Shown here: positions 20,368 through 28,870 of the stretch, in pieces | Numbering within the stretch: the stretch's first letter is position 1 | How the letters are laid out: the number at the start of each line of letters is the position of its first letter | Assembly (NCBI GenBank): GCA_036381715.1 | Contig: DASVCH010000172.1 | Span: 1-59,925, forward strand | Length of the DNA: 59,925 nt | Reading direction: 5' to 3' | Source of the DNA: Gammaproteobacteria bacterium | Lineage (GTDB): Bacteria > Pseudomonadota > Gammaproteobacteria > Natronospirales > JAJUFS01 | Notes under the pieces: model-generated | What the model saw: only the letters and a program-made list of their open reading frames with translations | What the model was told of the DNA's origin: nothing | Database searches by the model: none | Made by a program: the position numbers and the translations under genes

Positions 20368-20395
20368 ACTTGCGACCTTTGACTTTCGACCTGGC

Positions 20396-21148
20396 CTACA
20401 GCCTTCCGCTGAAACCGAACTCGTACCTTCCCGATGCATCCGGCTGTCCCAGCAGCGCAAGGCCGCGGCGCAGCGATTCGGGCGTTTCCGGCGTGGGCGT
20501 AATGGTGCCGGATACCGTGTAGCTGCCATCCGGCTTCACCTCGGCCTGGCCCGCAATGTCGAGCGGCGCCTCGATTTCGCTGAACGTCGCGCTGATGCCG
20601 GACTCGGTGGTCTCGACGTCGGCTTCGTAACTGCCGAGCGCGACGCCGGGCAAAAGCGCGCTGCGCAAGTCCGTCAGGCCCAGCACGCCATCGGCGGCGA
20701 CCGGCAGGTCGTTGCGGACCACCAGCTGCTCGAGGTTCAGGATGACTTCGCCGCTCGCGACGTTCGCGGGCAGCATGCCCGCGCGCCCGAGTTCCTCCAG
20801 CGTGACGGCGCCGCGCAGCGCCGTGAATTCGATGTCCGAAGGCGTGATGCGCACGTTCGCGGCCACCGGGCCGCGGCCCGGCCGTTCGATCAGCACGTCC
20901 GCGCCGATGGCGAGACCGAACAGCGCCAGCGGTTCCAGCGACCACTCGGCCGCGCCGATATTCCAGCCGCGATAGGAAATTCCCGCGATGTGTCCGTTCC
21001 AGACCGTGCCGTCGGCGGTGCCGAGCGTGACGCCCGGCATGTCCGGCACGAACCAGCGCACGGCAAGCGAAGCCGGGAAGAGCGCGACGAGGCCCGCAAT
21101 ATAAACGGCAACCGCAAGCGCGGCGAATTTCAGGACGGGGCGTCTCAC
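20396..21148 (-). CDS. gspN: Type II secretion protein N
   Basis: N-terminal TM, LFPA, GTVWNG motif; GTG start overlaps the gspM stop. Confidence 0.85.
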   Translation of the reverse strand: MRRPVLKFAALAVAVYIAGLVALFPASLAVRWFVPDMPGVTLGTADGTVWNGHIAGISYRGWNIGAAEWSLEPLALFGLAIGADVLIERPGRGPVAANVRITPSDIEFTALRGAVTLEELGRAGMLPANVASGEVILNLEQLVVRNDLPVAADGVLGLTDLRSALLPGVALGSYEADVETTESGISATFSEIEAPLDIAGQAEVKPDGSYTVSGTITPTPETPESLRRGLALLGQPDASGRYEFGFSGRL

Positions 21149-21645
21149 GAAACGTTCCGCGTCAGGGTGATCGATGCATTCACGAGTCCCGCTCCGTCCG
21201 CACGGTCCACGGTCATTTCGCTGGCGACGACGCCGTAGCGATTCTGCAGGCCGTCGAGCCAGAGTATGAGCGCGTCGAAGCTTGCGCCTTCGAGCCGTAC
21301 GCGCACCGCGTCGTCGCCGTCCTGCTGGATGCGCTGCAGCGCGTTCGCAAGGCCCGTGGCGCGCGCCGACGAATCGGCGAGCGCGAGCAGCGAACCGCTG
21401 GTATCGACCGTCGCGGCCGCCGGACCGCGGCCGCGCAGCACTTCGGCTGCGCCGCGCATCCACGCGACGAGGTCGCGTTTTCCGGCAACGTCGTCCGCCG
21501 CGCCGTCGCGGTATTGCAGCAGCGGCTGCACCACGGCGAGAAAAAAAAGAATGACGACGAGCGCAATTGCGCCGCCGATCAGGAATTGCCGTTCGCGCGG
21601 CTCGAGTTCGTGAAAGCGCTGGCGGATTTCGTCGAGTCCTTTCAT
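21145..21645 (-). CDS. gspM: Type II secretion protein M
   Basis: LEPRER + TM + VVQP; VRVRLEGASFDALILWL. Confidence 0.9.
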   Translation of the reverse strand: MKGLDEIRQRFHELEPRERQFLIGGAIALVVILFFLAVVQPLLQYRDGAADDVAGKRDLVAWMRGAAEVLRGRGPAAATVDTSGSLLALADSSARATGLANALQRIQQDGDDAVRVRLEGASFDALILWLDGLQNRYGVVASEMTVDRADGAGLVNASITLTRNVS

Positions 21646-21664
21646 TGCGCGTTCTTCCCGGGTG

Positions 21665-22870
21665 TCATTGTGCTTCGCCTCCTGCGATCGACAGGCGGCC
21701 TTCGAGTCCGTCGCCCGTGCTGTTTGCGGATTGCACGTCGACGGGCTGCCCGGCGCGTTCCGCCAGCGCGTCGCGGAAGGTTTCCAGCGTCGTCGCGTTC
21801 GGCACGGTCACGCTCAGCTCGAAGTAATCGTTGCGGAAATTGAAACCGTTAAGGCGCGCGTTCTCGATCCCCTGCAAGGCATGGGCAACGTCGGCGATGG
21901 TTTCGAGCGCGCGGCTCTCGGTCGTGTTCGAGCCGCCGAGCGCCTGTTCGATGAGATAGCGCTCCTGCCCGGGAATCCGCCGGCTGCCGGGCAGCGCCTG
22001 GGCGAAGAGGTCCTGTATCGCGCTTTCGAGAAACGCGCTTTCACGCTGCAGCCGCCACGCGTCGAGACCCAGCGCCGCGAGACCGAGTACGAGCCATGCC
22101 GCGGCGGCGGCCGCAGGCCAGCGCCAGCGATGCCAGTCCGCCTGTTCGTCGCGCCGCGGCCGGAACGCGCCTTGCAGCAGGCCGTGGCCGGGCAATGCGA
22201 CGACGCCCGCCGCGAGTTCGGTGAACGCGCGCTCGGCGTCATCGATCCGCGCGGTTTCCTGTTCCGCGAGCGCGGCGGGCGGCGGCGCGTCGCCCACGAT
22301 GGTGAGCCGTAACGGCGCCTCGCTTTCGCGGTGCGTGAAAAGGAAACCGGCGTCTTCGACCGGCGCGGCGAAACCGCTCCAGCCTTCACGGCTCAGCAGG
22401 CGGCTGTCCTGGAGCAGCCAATGCGCGCTTCCCGGTTCGGCGGGCACGCCAAGCCAGTCGGGCCACAGCGCGTCGGCGCGCATTCCCGCAGCGTCGATTG
22501 TTGCAAGCCATTCCGCCAGCCAGGCGCGTTCGACAACGAGAAATTCGCATTGTTGGTCCGGATGCCGCGCAAGCAGTGCCACATGCAACGCTTCGACGTC
22601 GCCGGCGAGGCGTTCTTCCAGCGCGTAGGGCGCGGCCTGCAGGATGCGTTTCGCGTTTCTGCCCGGCACGCGCGCCGCGGCCGCTACGATGCGTTCGCCC
22701 GGCAGCATGATGATGACGCGGCGATTGACGGCGAGCGCCGCGGCGTCTTCCAGTGCGCCCTGCTGCACGGCGCCCGCGCGATTGCCGTTGCCGTCCAGCA
22801 CCAGCCACCGTGCGTTGGTGCCTGCGGAAGCGGTTTCGCCGCTGATCCAGATGACCAGTTTTTCGACCAT
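21665..22870 (-). CDS. gspL: Type II secretion protein L
   Basis: APYALEERLAGDVEALH, LLQGAF, W-rich TM, ALP; synteny. Confidence 0.9.
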   Translation of the reverse strand: MVEKLVIWISGETASAGTNARWLVLDGNGNRAGAVQQGALEDAAALAVNRRVIIMLPGERIVAAAARVPGRNAKRILQAAPYALEERLAGDVEALHVALLARHPDQQCEFLVVERAWLAEWLATIDAAGMRADALWPDWLGVPAEPGSAHWLLQDSRLLSREGWSGFAAPVEDAGFLFTHRESEAPLRLTIVGDAPPPAALAEQETARIDDAERAFTELAAGVVALPGHGLLQGAFRPRRDEQADWHRWRWPAAAAAAWLVLGLAALGLDAWRLQRESAFLESAIQDLFAQALPGSRRIPGQERYLIEQALGGSNTTESRALETIADVAHALQGIENARLNGFNFRNDYFELSVTVPNATTLETFRDALAERAGQPVDVQSANSTGDGLEGRLSIAGGEAQ

Positions 22871-22889
22871 GATCCGATACGTTCGTGTT

Positions 22890-23819
22890 TCAGGGAGTTC
22901 CGAGACTGCGGCTCAGCACGCGGACGACACCCGCCTGGGAATCGCGATGCAACACACTGTACATCGTTACCCGTGATGAGCCAATGACGGCCAGGACGTC
23001 CGCGCGGAAGTAATTCGATTGCACGCCGAACACGTTGTCCGGCAGCGGTGCGCCGACAATCGATTGCGCGTCGCCGAGATTTTCGAAACCCGCCTGGCTG
23101 CGCAGCTCGACGATCTGCGCCGCATCCTGCGGGTCGAGTTCCTCGCCAAGCGCCACCAGCAGTTCGGGCGGTGCGGTGTTGATGTTGACGGTCGTGACGC
23201 CCGCCTGCGCCGGGAGCGCGGTGACATAAGCCTGCAGCACGGCGAACTGTTCGGGCGTCATGTTGACGAGCAGGCGAAGTTCGCTGACGCTCGCGAGCGG
23301 CTGGTTGGCGGTGCGGTACGCCGGCGTGCTGCGCAGGTAGGTGTCGTCTTCCGCGCCGCTGAAACCTGTCGGTTCGATGTCCGGGTCGATCCAGTCGACG
23401 GTTGCGCCGACGAGGCGTTCGTCAAGGCCGAGCGATTGCAGCAGGCGGCGGTAGATCTCGACCTGCGCTTCGTTGGCCTCGCCGGTTTCCCAGTTGACCA
23501 GGTTGTTGATGTTGAAGCGTCCCTGCAGGTCGATGACGTTTCCGGACAGCGTGCCGCCTTCGATGGGAAACACGTTGCCTTGCTGCGCCCAGGGTTCGAG
23601 CAGGTGATCGCTCTGGATTTCGTCCTCAGCCAGCAGCGCGCGCACGAAGTCTTCCACGCTGAGCGCGTTCGCGAGCGCTTCGGCGCCGTAAAGCTGGTTC
23701 GCGGTGCGGCGGCGGTCGAGATGGTTGTTCCATACGAGCGCGGTGGCAAGAATGGTCGCCATCGCGACAATGACCAGCGCGATGATGAGCGCGGCGCCCT
23801 GTTGTCGACGCGCGTTCAT
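22890..23819 (-). CDS. gspK: Type II secretion minor pseudopilin K
   Basis: QQGAALIIAL, DHLLEPWA, DLQGRFNINNL, DWIDPD, VNINTA. Confidence 0.93.
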   Translation of the reverse strand: MNARRQQGAALIIALVIVAMATILATALVWNNHLDRRRTANQLYGAEALANALSVEDFVRALLAEDEIQSDHLLEPWAQQGNVFPIEGGTLSGNVIDLQGRFNINNLVNWETGEANEAQVEIYRRLLQSLGLDERLVGATVDWIDPDIEPTGFSGAEDDTYLRSTPAYRTANQPLASVSELRLLVNMTPEQFAVLQAYVTALPAQAGVTTVNINTAPPELLVALGEELDPQDAAQIVELRSQAGFENLGDAQSIVGAPLPDNVFGVQSNYFRADVLAVIGSSRVTMYSVLHRDSQAGVVRVLSRSLGTP

Positions 23820-24445
23820 CCGGCGGGCAGCTCCACCAGCCGGCGAATGCGGCCGGCGTCTTCGAGTTCAAGAACGAATTCCACGGCAGCGGGCAATGGA
23901 ACCTGTCCGGCGCGCACGTCGCCGGAAACCGGCAGCGCGGTTTCGACCGGCGGCCACTGCGCGTGCCAGCTGCCTTCGGCATCGAGGAACCGAAGCGTGA
24001 ACTGGCTGACGCCTTCCAGCACGTCGAGCCGCGCCGGTTCGCTGTCCTGCGCCTGGTCGAGAACGATCCAGTGCAGCCGGTACAGCGTGTCGTCTTCCAG
24101 CACCCAGGCCACCCGCTGCAGGGTAGAGCGCGGCATGTTCGCGGGATTGCGCCAGCCACCGCGCGTGAACTCGATGGGCAGGGCGTCGTTGACGCCGCCG
24201 CGCAGCGCCGGCAGCAGGTCGCCCTGGAAGGCTTCGCGAACGCCGCGATCGCGAATCTGGAAAAGATCGCGTTCCAGCACGGTCACCGCGCGGCGGATCT
24301 CCTGCAGGCGCGATTGCGCTTCGCGCGTCGCGTCGTACTGGCGCATGACGGCGATGAGCCCGCCATAGGAAAGCGTCGCGACCACCGCGAAAATCGCCAC
24401 GGCGACAAGCATTTCCAGCAGCGTGAAGCCTTGCACGCGCCGCAT
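23816..24445 (-). CDS. gspJ: Type II secretion minor pseudopilin J
   Basis: GFTLLEMLVA, LERDL, FTRGGWRNP...RSTLQRV. Confidence 0.93.
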   Translation of the reverse strand: MRRVQGFTLLEMLVAVAIFAVVATLSYGGLIAVMRQYDATREAQSRLQEIRRAVTVLERDLFQIRDRGVREAFQGDLLPALRGGVNDALPIEFTRGGWRNPANMPRSTLQRVAWVLEDDTLYRLHWIVLDQAQDSEPARLDVLEGVSQFTLRFLDAEGSWHAQWPPVETALPVSGDVRAGQVPLPAAVEFVLELEDAGRIRRLVELPAG

Positions 24446-24855
24446 CAGCGCGATTCTCCCGGAGTTGCCGGCATCCGCTCGGGCGCGATCTGCGGCTGCG
24501 TCAGGCGGAATGCCGTCAGCGTCACGATCGAGCCTTCCATGTCTTCCCGCCCGACCTTGATCTCGATATGCCGCAGTTGCGGCACGACGGCGGGTGTGAT
24601 TTCCGCCGTCCACTCCCAGCGTTCGCCGCCCATCATTTCGTCGCCGCGCCGCGTGCCCGCGTCCAGCGTCTCCTGCGAAAGACGGATTTCGGTGAGCGCG
24701 TTCTGCGCGACCCAGCCGGCGAAGGTGCGGTCGCGCAGGCTGGCGGCCTCGTGCGTGGCGCGCGCGCTGGCGCCGATCAGGGCCGCGAGCCCGATGCCGA
24801 CGACCGCCAGCGCGACGAGGATTTCCATCAGCGTGAAGCCATGCGCCCGTTTCAT
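24445..24855 (-). CDS. gspI: Type II secretion minor pseudopilin I
   Basis: GFTLMEILVAL, LRDRTFAGWVAQN. Confidence 0.93.
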   Translation of the reverse strand: MKRAHGFTLMEILVALAVVGIGLAALIGASARATHEAASLRDRTFAGWVAQNALTEIRLSQETLDAGTRRGDEMMGGERWEWTAEITPAVVPQLRHIEIKVGREDMEGSIVTLTAFRLTQPQIAPERMPATPGESR

Positions 24856-25394
24856 TGCGTCTCGCCTTCGATTTCCATGCGGCCGAGCAGGTCGCCTTCC
24901 ACGGTCCAGGTCTCTCCGCCGGGATCCCGTTCGGCGACCGTCAGGGTGAACGGCGTGATCTGGCCGCTGGAAAGAAACATGACTTGCGGCGGTTCGGGCA
25001 GGTCTTCTTCGCCGGCGCCGCTTTCGTCTTCCGACTCGTCGCCAAGCGCGATGGCCTGGCCTTCCAGCACGAGGTCGAAGTCGATGCCTTCGGGAACGGG
25101 ACGGGGTTGAAAGATGTTGTCGTCAGTCAGCGGCTGCCACTGGCGCGTGACGTCGTCGAAGATGAAAAATTCGAGGTTTTCGTCGTCGATGCGCAGGCCG
25201 TATTCGCGCCCGGTGAGCAGCGCTTCCTCGGCGGCAAGGTTCGCGAGCGCCGCGATGCGCCGCGCCTCGGTTTCGGCGTCCGCATCGTCAACGACGAAAT
25301 TGATGGTGTTGACCGCCGCTGCCGTCAGGATCGCGATCAGCACGACGACGATCAGGATTTCCAGCAGCGTGAATCCGCGCTCGGATTGCTTCAA
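24852..25394 (-). CDS. gspH: Type II secretion minor pseudopilin H
   Basis: RGFTLLEILIV, PQVMFLSSGQITPF; the only in-frame start after the gspG stop is TTG at 25394, preceded by GGAGG. Confidence 0.88.
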   Translation of the reverse strand: MKQSERGFTLLEILIVVVLIAILTAAAVNTINFVVDDADAETEARRIAALANLAAEEALLTGREYGLRIDDENLEFFIFDDVTRQWQPLTDDNIFQPRPVPEGIDFDLVLEGQAIALGDESEDESGAGEEDLPEPPQVMFLSSGQITPFTLTVAERDPGGETWTVEGDLLGRMEIEGETQ

Positions 25395-25398
25395 GACC

Positions 25399-25419
25399 CC
25401 TCCCGGCGTACCGGGACCT
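25399..25419. repeat. 21-nt palindromic module shared with the REP at 3620-3640
   Basis: CCTCCCGGCGTACCGGGACCT vs CCTCCCGGAGTACCGGGACCT (20/21). Confidence 0.7.
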
Positions 25420-25468
25420 CCTGCGCTCGCGACGTTTCGACTCGCCCTGACACTTCGTTTGACGATGA

Positions 25469-25903
25469 TTAATTCTGCGGGGTCCAGTTGCCGATGTCGG
25501 CGTTCATGTCCTCGCCGCCGGGCTGGCCATCGGCGCCGTAGGAGAAAATGTCGATCTGGCCGCGCTTGCCGGGGTTCATGTAAATGTACGGATTGCCCCA
25601 GGGATCGTTCGGCAGCGACTTGATGTAGCCGCCCGGCGGATAGTTGCGCGGCTCGGGCGCACCCGCCGGCTTGGTGACCAGCGCTTCCAGGCCCTGGTCC
25701 GTGGTCGGGTAGCGGAAATTGTCGAGCCGGTAACGTTCGAGCGCGGCTTCCAGCGACTGGATGTCGGCCTTCGCCTTCACGAGGCGCGCCTTGTCCGGCT
25801 CGCCCATGAGGTTCGGCAGCACCGCGGCGGCGAGAATGCCGATGATGACGATGACCACCATGATTTCGATCAGCGTGAAGCCCTGGTTTTTCTTCGCAAG
25901 CAT
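25469..25903 (-). CDS. gspG: Type II secretion major pseudopilin G
   Basis: QGFTLIEIMVV, YRLDN..YPTTDQGLEALV, LPNDPWGNPY, SYGADG, ADIGNW. Confidence 0.96.
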   Translation of the reverse strand: MLAKKNQGFTLIEIMVVIVIIGILAAAVLPNLMGEPDKARLVKAKADIQSLEAALERYRLDNFRYPTTDQGLEALVTKPAGAPEPRNYPPGGYIKSLPNDPWGNPYIYMNPGKRGQIDIFSYGADGQPGGEDMNADIGNWTPQN

Positions 25904-26003
25904 GACGTTCCTGTTCCCGCCCGCCGCGAAGCGGTTGATCGCGCGCGGGCTTGCTGGTATTTGACGGAAACCTCGGATCATACACAAAACAACAGGCGGC
26001 TTC

Positions 26004-26603
26004 GTGAAGGAAACAGGGTATTACCTGAGGGTGTTTCGCAGCTGGCCGCTCTGGCTGCTCGGGATCGCGGCCGTCGTGCTTTCCCTTCTCGGCGGTCCTT
26101 CCAGCCCCGCATTGCGTTATGAACGCGTCGCGGTGCTGGCCGGCGAGTGGTGGCGGCTCCTGAGCGGACACCTGGTGCACCTCGGCGTCGCGCACCTGGT
26201 CCTGAACCTTGCGGGACTTGCGCTCATCGGCTGGATTTTCGGACCCGGATTGCGCGCGGCGCACTGGCTGTGGACGCTTCTGGGCAGCCTGGTCGCCATC
26301 GCCGCGGGATTCTTGCTGCTCGAGCCCGGGCTGGTCTGGTATGTCGGCCTGTCCGGCGTGCTGCACGGCCTGCTGCTGGGCGGCGCGGTGCTGGATCGCG
26401 GTTTCGGCCGCGGCCTGCGTGCGGTGCTGATTTGTGGCGTATTCGCGAAACTGGCCTGGGAGCAATGGGCGGGCGCGCTGCCGTTCACGGCCGAGGCCGC
26501 CGGCGGCCCGGTCGTGGTCGACGCACATCTGTATGGCGCCATCGGCGGGCTTGTCGCCGGCTTGCTGCTGGCGTTGCGGGAGCGGCGTGCCGGTCCGGTA
26601 TAA
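26004..26603 (+). CDS. rrtA: Rhombosortase (GlyGly-CTERM-processing rhomboid protease)
   Basis: GEWWRLLSGHLVH, HLVLN, YVGLSGVLHG (catalytic Ser), VVVDAHLYG (catalytic His); adjacent to T2SS genes; start uncertain. Confidence 0.85.
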   Translation: MKETGYYLRVFRSWPLWLLGIAAVVLSLLGGPSSPALRYERVAVLAGEWWRLLSGHLVHLGVAHLVLNLAGLALIGWIFGPGLRAAHWLWTLLGSLVAIAAGFLLLEPGLVWYVGLSGVLHGLLLGGAVLDRGFGRGLRAVLICGVFAKLAWEQWAGALPFTAEAAGGPVVVDAHLYGAIGGLVAGLLLALRERRAGPV

Positions 26604-26612
26604 TCCGCGCCT
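26597..26612 (+). promoter_or_regulatory. Sigma70 -10 element of the fabD operon promoter
   Basis: TATAAT at 26599-26604 (contains the rhombosortase stop codon) followed by GC-rich discriminator CCGCGCC. Confidence 0.55.
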
Positions 26613-26638
26613 TTCCGATTTCAAGAACAGGGGGAGCC

Positions 26639-27580
26639 ATGTCTTCTTTCGCCTTCGTCTTCCCGGGACAGGGCTCGCAGTCCGTCGGCATGCTGGCGGA
26701 ACTCGGCGCCGCGCACGCGGTTGTCCGCGACACCTTCCAGCAGGCGTCCGACGCGCTCGGCTACGATCTGTGGCAGCTCGCGCAGAGCGGTCCGGAAAGC
26801 GAACTGAACGCGACCGAGCGCACCCAGCCCGCGCTGCTCGCGGCGGGCGTCGCCGTGTGGCGCGCCTTCCGCGCCGAATCCGGGTACCGTCCGGCGTTCA
26901 TGGCGGGACACAGCCTTGGCGAGTACACCGCGCTGGTGTGCGCAGGCTCCGTGGATTTCGCGGACGCGGTGAAGCTGGTCGAGTTCCGCGGCCAGGCGAT
27001 GCAGCGCGCGGTGCCCGCGGGCACAGGCGCGATGGCGGCGATTCTCGGGCTGGAAGATGCGGACGTTCGCGCCGCCTGCGAGGAAGCCGCCGAAGGCCAG
27101 GTCGTCAGCGCGGTGAACTTCAATTCGCCCGGGCAGGTGGTCATCGCCGGCAGCAAGGCGGCGGTGGAACGCGCCATCGAAATCTGCAAGGCGAAAGGCG
27201 CGAAGCGCGCGCTGCCGCTGCCGGTGAGCGTGCCCTCGCACTGCGCGCTGATGCAGCCGGCGGCGAACGAAATGGCCGCACGGCTCGCCGGCGTTTCAAT
27301 CGCATCGCCGGAGATTCCGGTCGTGCACAACGTCGATGTCGCCATGCACGATCGGCCGGACGACATTCGCCGCGCGCTCGTCGAACAGCTCTACAGCCCG
27401 GTGCGCTGGACGGAAACCGTTCGCTTCATGGCGGACAAGGGCGTCACCGGCGTCGTCGAATGCGGGCCGGGCAAGGTGCTGGCGGGTCTCAACCGCCGCA
27501 TCGAAAAATCCATGAACGTGATTGCCGTGCAGGATCCGGCAGGCCTTGCCGACGCCGTGCAGGCCGCCGGCGAGCAATAA
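26639..27580 (+). CDS. fabD: Malonyl-CoA:ACP transacylase
   Basis: FVFPGQGSQ, AGHSLGEY, SVPSHC, ECGPGKVL. Confidence 0.97.
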   Translation: MSSFAFVFPGQGSQSVGMLAELGAAHAVVRDTFQQASDALGYDLWQLAQSGPESELNATERTQPALLAAGVAVWRAFRAESGYRPAFMAGHSLGEYTALVCAGSVDFADAVKLVEFRGQAMQRAVPAGTGAMAAILGLEDADVRAACEEAAEGQVVSAVNFNSPGQVVIAGSKAAVERAIEICKAKGAKRALPLPVSVPSHCALMQPAANEMAARLAGVSIASPEIPVVHNVDVAMHDRPDDIRRALVEQLYSPVRWTETVRFMADKGVTGVVECGPGKVLAGLNRRIEKSMNVIAVQDPAGLADAVQAAGEQ

Positions 27581-27599
27581 TCAAAGAGGGGAAAGCATT

Positions 27600-28343
27600 A
27601 TGGTTCTCGACAACGAACTCGCCGTCGTCACCGGCGCATCGCGCGGCATTGGCAGGGCGATCGCGCAGGCGCTTGGCAAGGCTGGCGCCAAAGTCATCGG
27701 CACCGCGACCAGTCAAAAGGGCGCGGAAGGCATCACGGCCTTCTTCAGGGAAAGCGGTATCGCGGGCGAGGGCCGCGTGCTGGACATCAGCGACAAGGCG
27801 AACATCGACGCTTTCCTGAAAGGCGTCAGCGACGATCACGGCGCGCCGACGGTTCTCGTCAACAATGCCGGCATCACGCGCGACAACCTGCTGATGCGCA
27901 TGAAGGACGAGGAGTGGGACGACGTCATCAACACGAATCTCTCGTCCATCTTTCATCTCTCGAAAGGCGTGATGCGCGGCATGATGAAGGCGAAGAAGGG
28001 CCGCATCATCAACATCGCCTCGGTCGTCGGCCTTGTCGGCAACCCGGGACAGGCGAACTACTGCGCCGCGAAGGCCGGCATCGTCGGGTTCTCGAAGTCG
28101 ATGGCGCGCGAGATCGGCTCGCGCAACATTACCGTGAACGTCGTCGCACCGGGCTTCATCGACACGGACATGACCAGGGACCTGCCCGAGGAAAACCGCA
28201 ACGCCATGCTCGCGCAGGTGCCGCTCGGCAGGCTCGGCCAGCCCGAGGACATCGCGCAGGCGGTGCTGTTCCTGGCATCGCCCGGCGCCGGCTACATCAC
28301 CGGCGAAACGATCAACGTGAACGGCGGCATGTACATGCCGTAA
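27600..28343 (+). CDS. fabG: 3-oxoacyl-ACP reductase
   Basis: TGASRGIG, NNAGITRDNL, YCAAK, VNGGMYM. Confidence 0.97.
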   Translation: MVLDNELAVVTGASRGIGRAIAQALGKAGAKVIGTATSQKGAEGITAFFRESGIAGEGRVLDISDKANIDAFLKGVSDDHGAPTVLVNNAGITRDNLLMRMKDEEWDDVINTNLSSIFHLSKGVMRGMMKAKKGRIINIASVVGLVGNPGQANYCAAKAGIVGFSKSMAREIGSRNITVNVVAPGFIDTDMTRDLPEENRNAMLAQVPLGRLGQPEDIAQAVLFLASPGAGYITGETINVNGGMYMP

Positions 28344-28362
28344 GAGGGCGTTTTTACCTTTT

Positions 28363-28397
28363 TTTCAATAACTTGAACCGGTTCAAACGAGTGTTTC
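28363..28397. promoter_or_regulatory. Regulatory cluster upstream of acpP: IHF-like site, 14-bp palindrome and PsrA-like box
   Basis: TTTCAATAACTTG (28363-28375), TTGAACCGGTTCAA (28373-28386), CAAAC-GAGT-GTTTC (28384-28397). Confidence 0.55.
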
Positions 28398-28406
28398 CCG
28401 CTCGTG

Positions 28407-28435
28407 TGGCACGCCCCCGGGCTTTTCACTACAAT
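28407..28435 (+). promoter_or_regulatory. Putative sigma70 promoter of acpP-fabF
   Basis: TGGCAC-17 nt-TACAAT. Confidence 0.5.
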
Positions 28436-28515
28436 ACCGCCCGCAGCGGCAATGGCTGAAATCCCTGGGGAGTCACGGACCATTGCCTGAGTAACCATTG
28501 GAGGACTGACAAGTC

Positions 28516-28758
28516 ATGAGCAGCGTCGAAGAACGTGTTAAGAAGATCGTCGTGGAACAGCTGGGTGTGAAGGAAGAAGAGGTGACGCCTGCGTCTTCAT
28601 TCGTCGACGATCTTGGCGCCGACTCGCTCGATACCGTCGAACTGGTGATGGCTCTCGAAGAGGAATTCGAATGCGAAATCCCCGACGAGGAAGCCGAAAA
28701 GATCACCACCGTCCGGCAGGCCATCGACTACGTCAACGAGCATCTCGGCGACAACTGA
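28516..28758 (+). CDS. acpP: Acyl carrier protein
   Basis: [20 protein letters not shown]. Confidence 0.98.
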   Translation: MSSVEERVKKIVVEQLGVKEEEVTPASSFVDDLGADSLDTVELVMALEEEFECEIPDEEAEKITTVRQAIDYVNEHLGDN

Positions 28759-28779
28759 TTCGACCGCGCAATGGTGAAT

Positions 28780-28816
28780 GCCGTTGCCGCCCATGCGGCA
28801 ACGGCGTTTCCGTTTC
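28780..28816 (+). terminator. Stem-loop after acpP (weak terminator or mRNA stabiliser)
   Basis: GCCGTTGCCGC-ccat-GCGGCAACGGC followed by GTTTCCGTTTC. Confidence 0.6.
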
Positions 28817-28870
28817 TGAAGCGCGCGAATCGCAGCAATCGCAGATCAGCCATTTGACCAGAGGTGTCCC

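Noticed and set aside
24852..26624. 590-aa ORF suggesting a large GspH fusion
   Set aside because: The upstream part overlaps gspG out of frame and runs antisense to the rhombosortase; the pseudopilin motif begins just after TTG 25394
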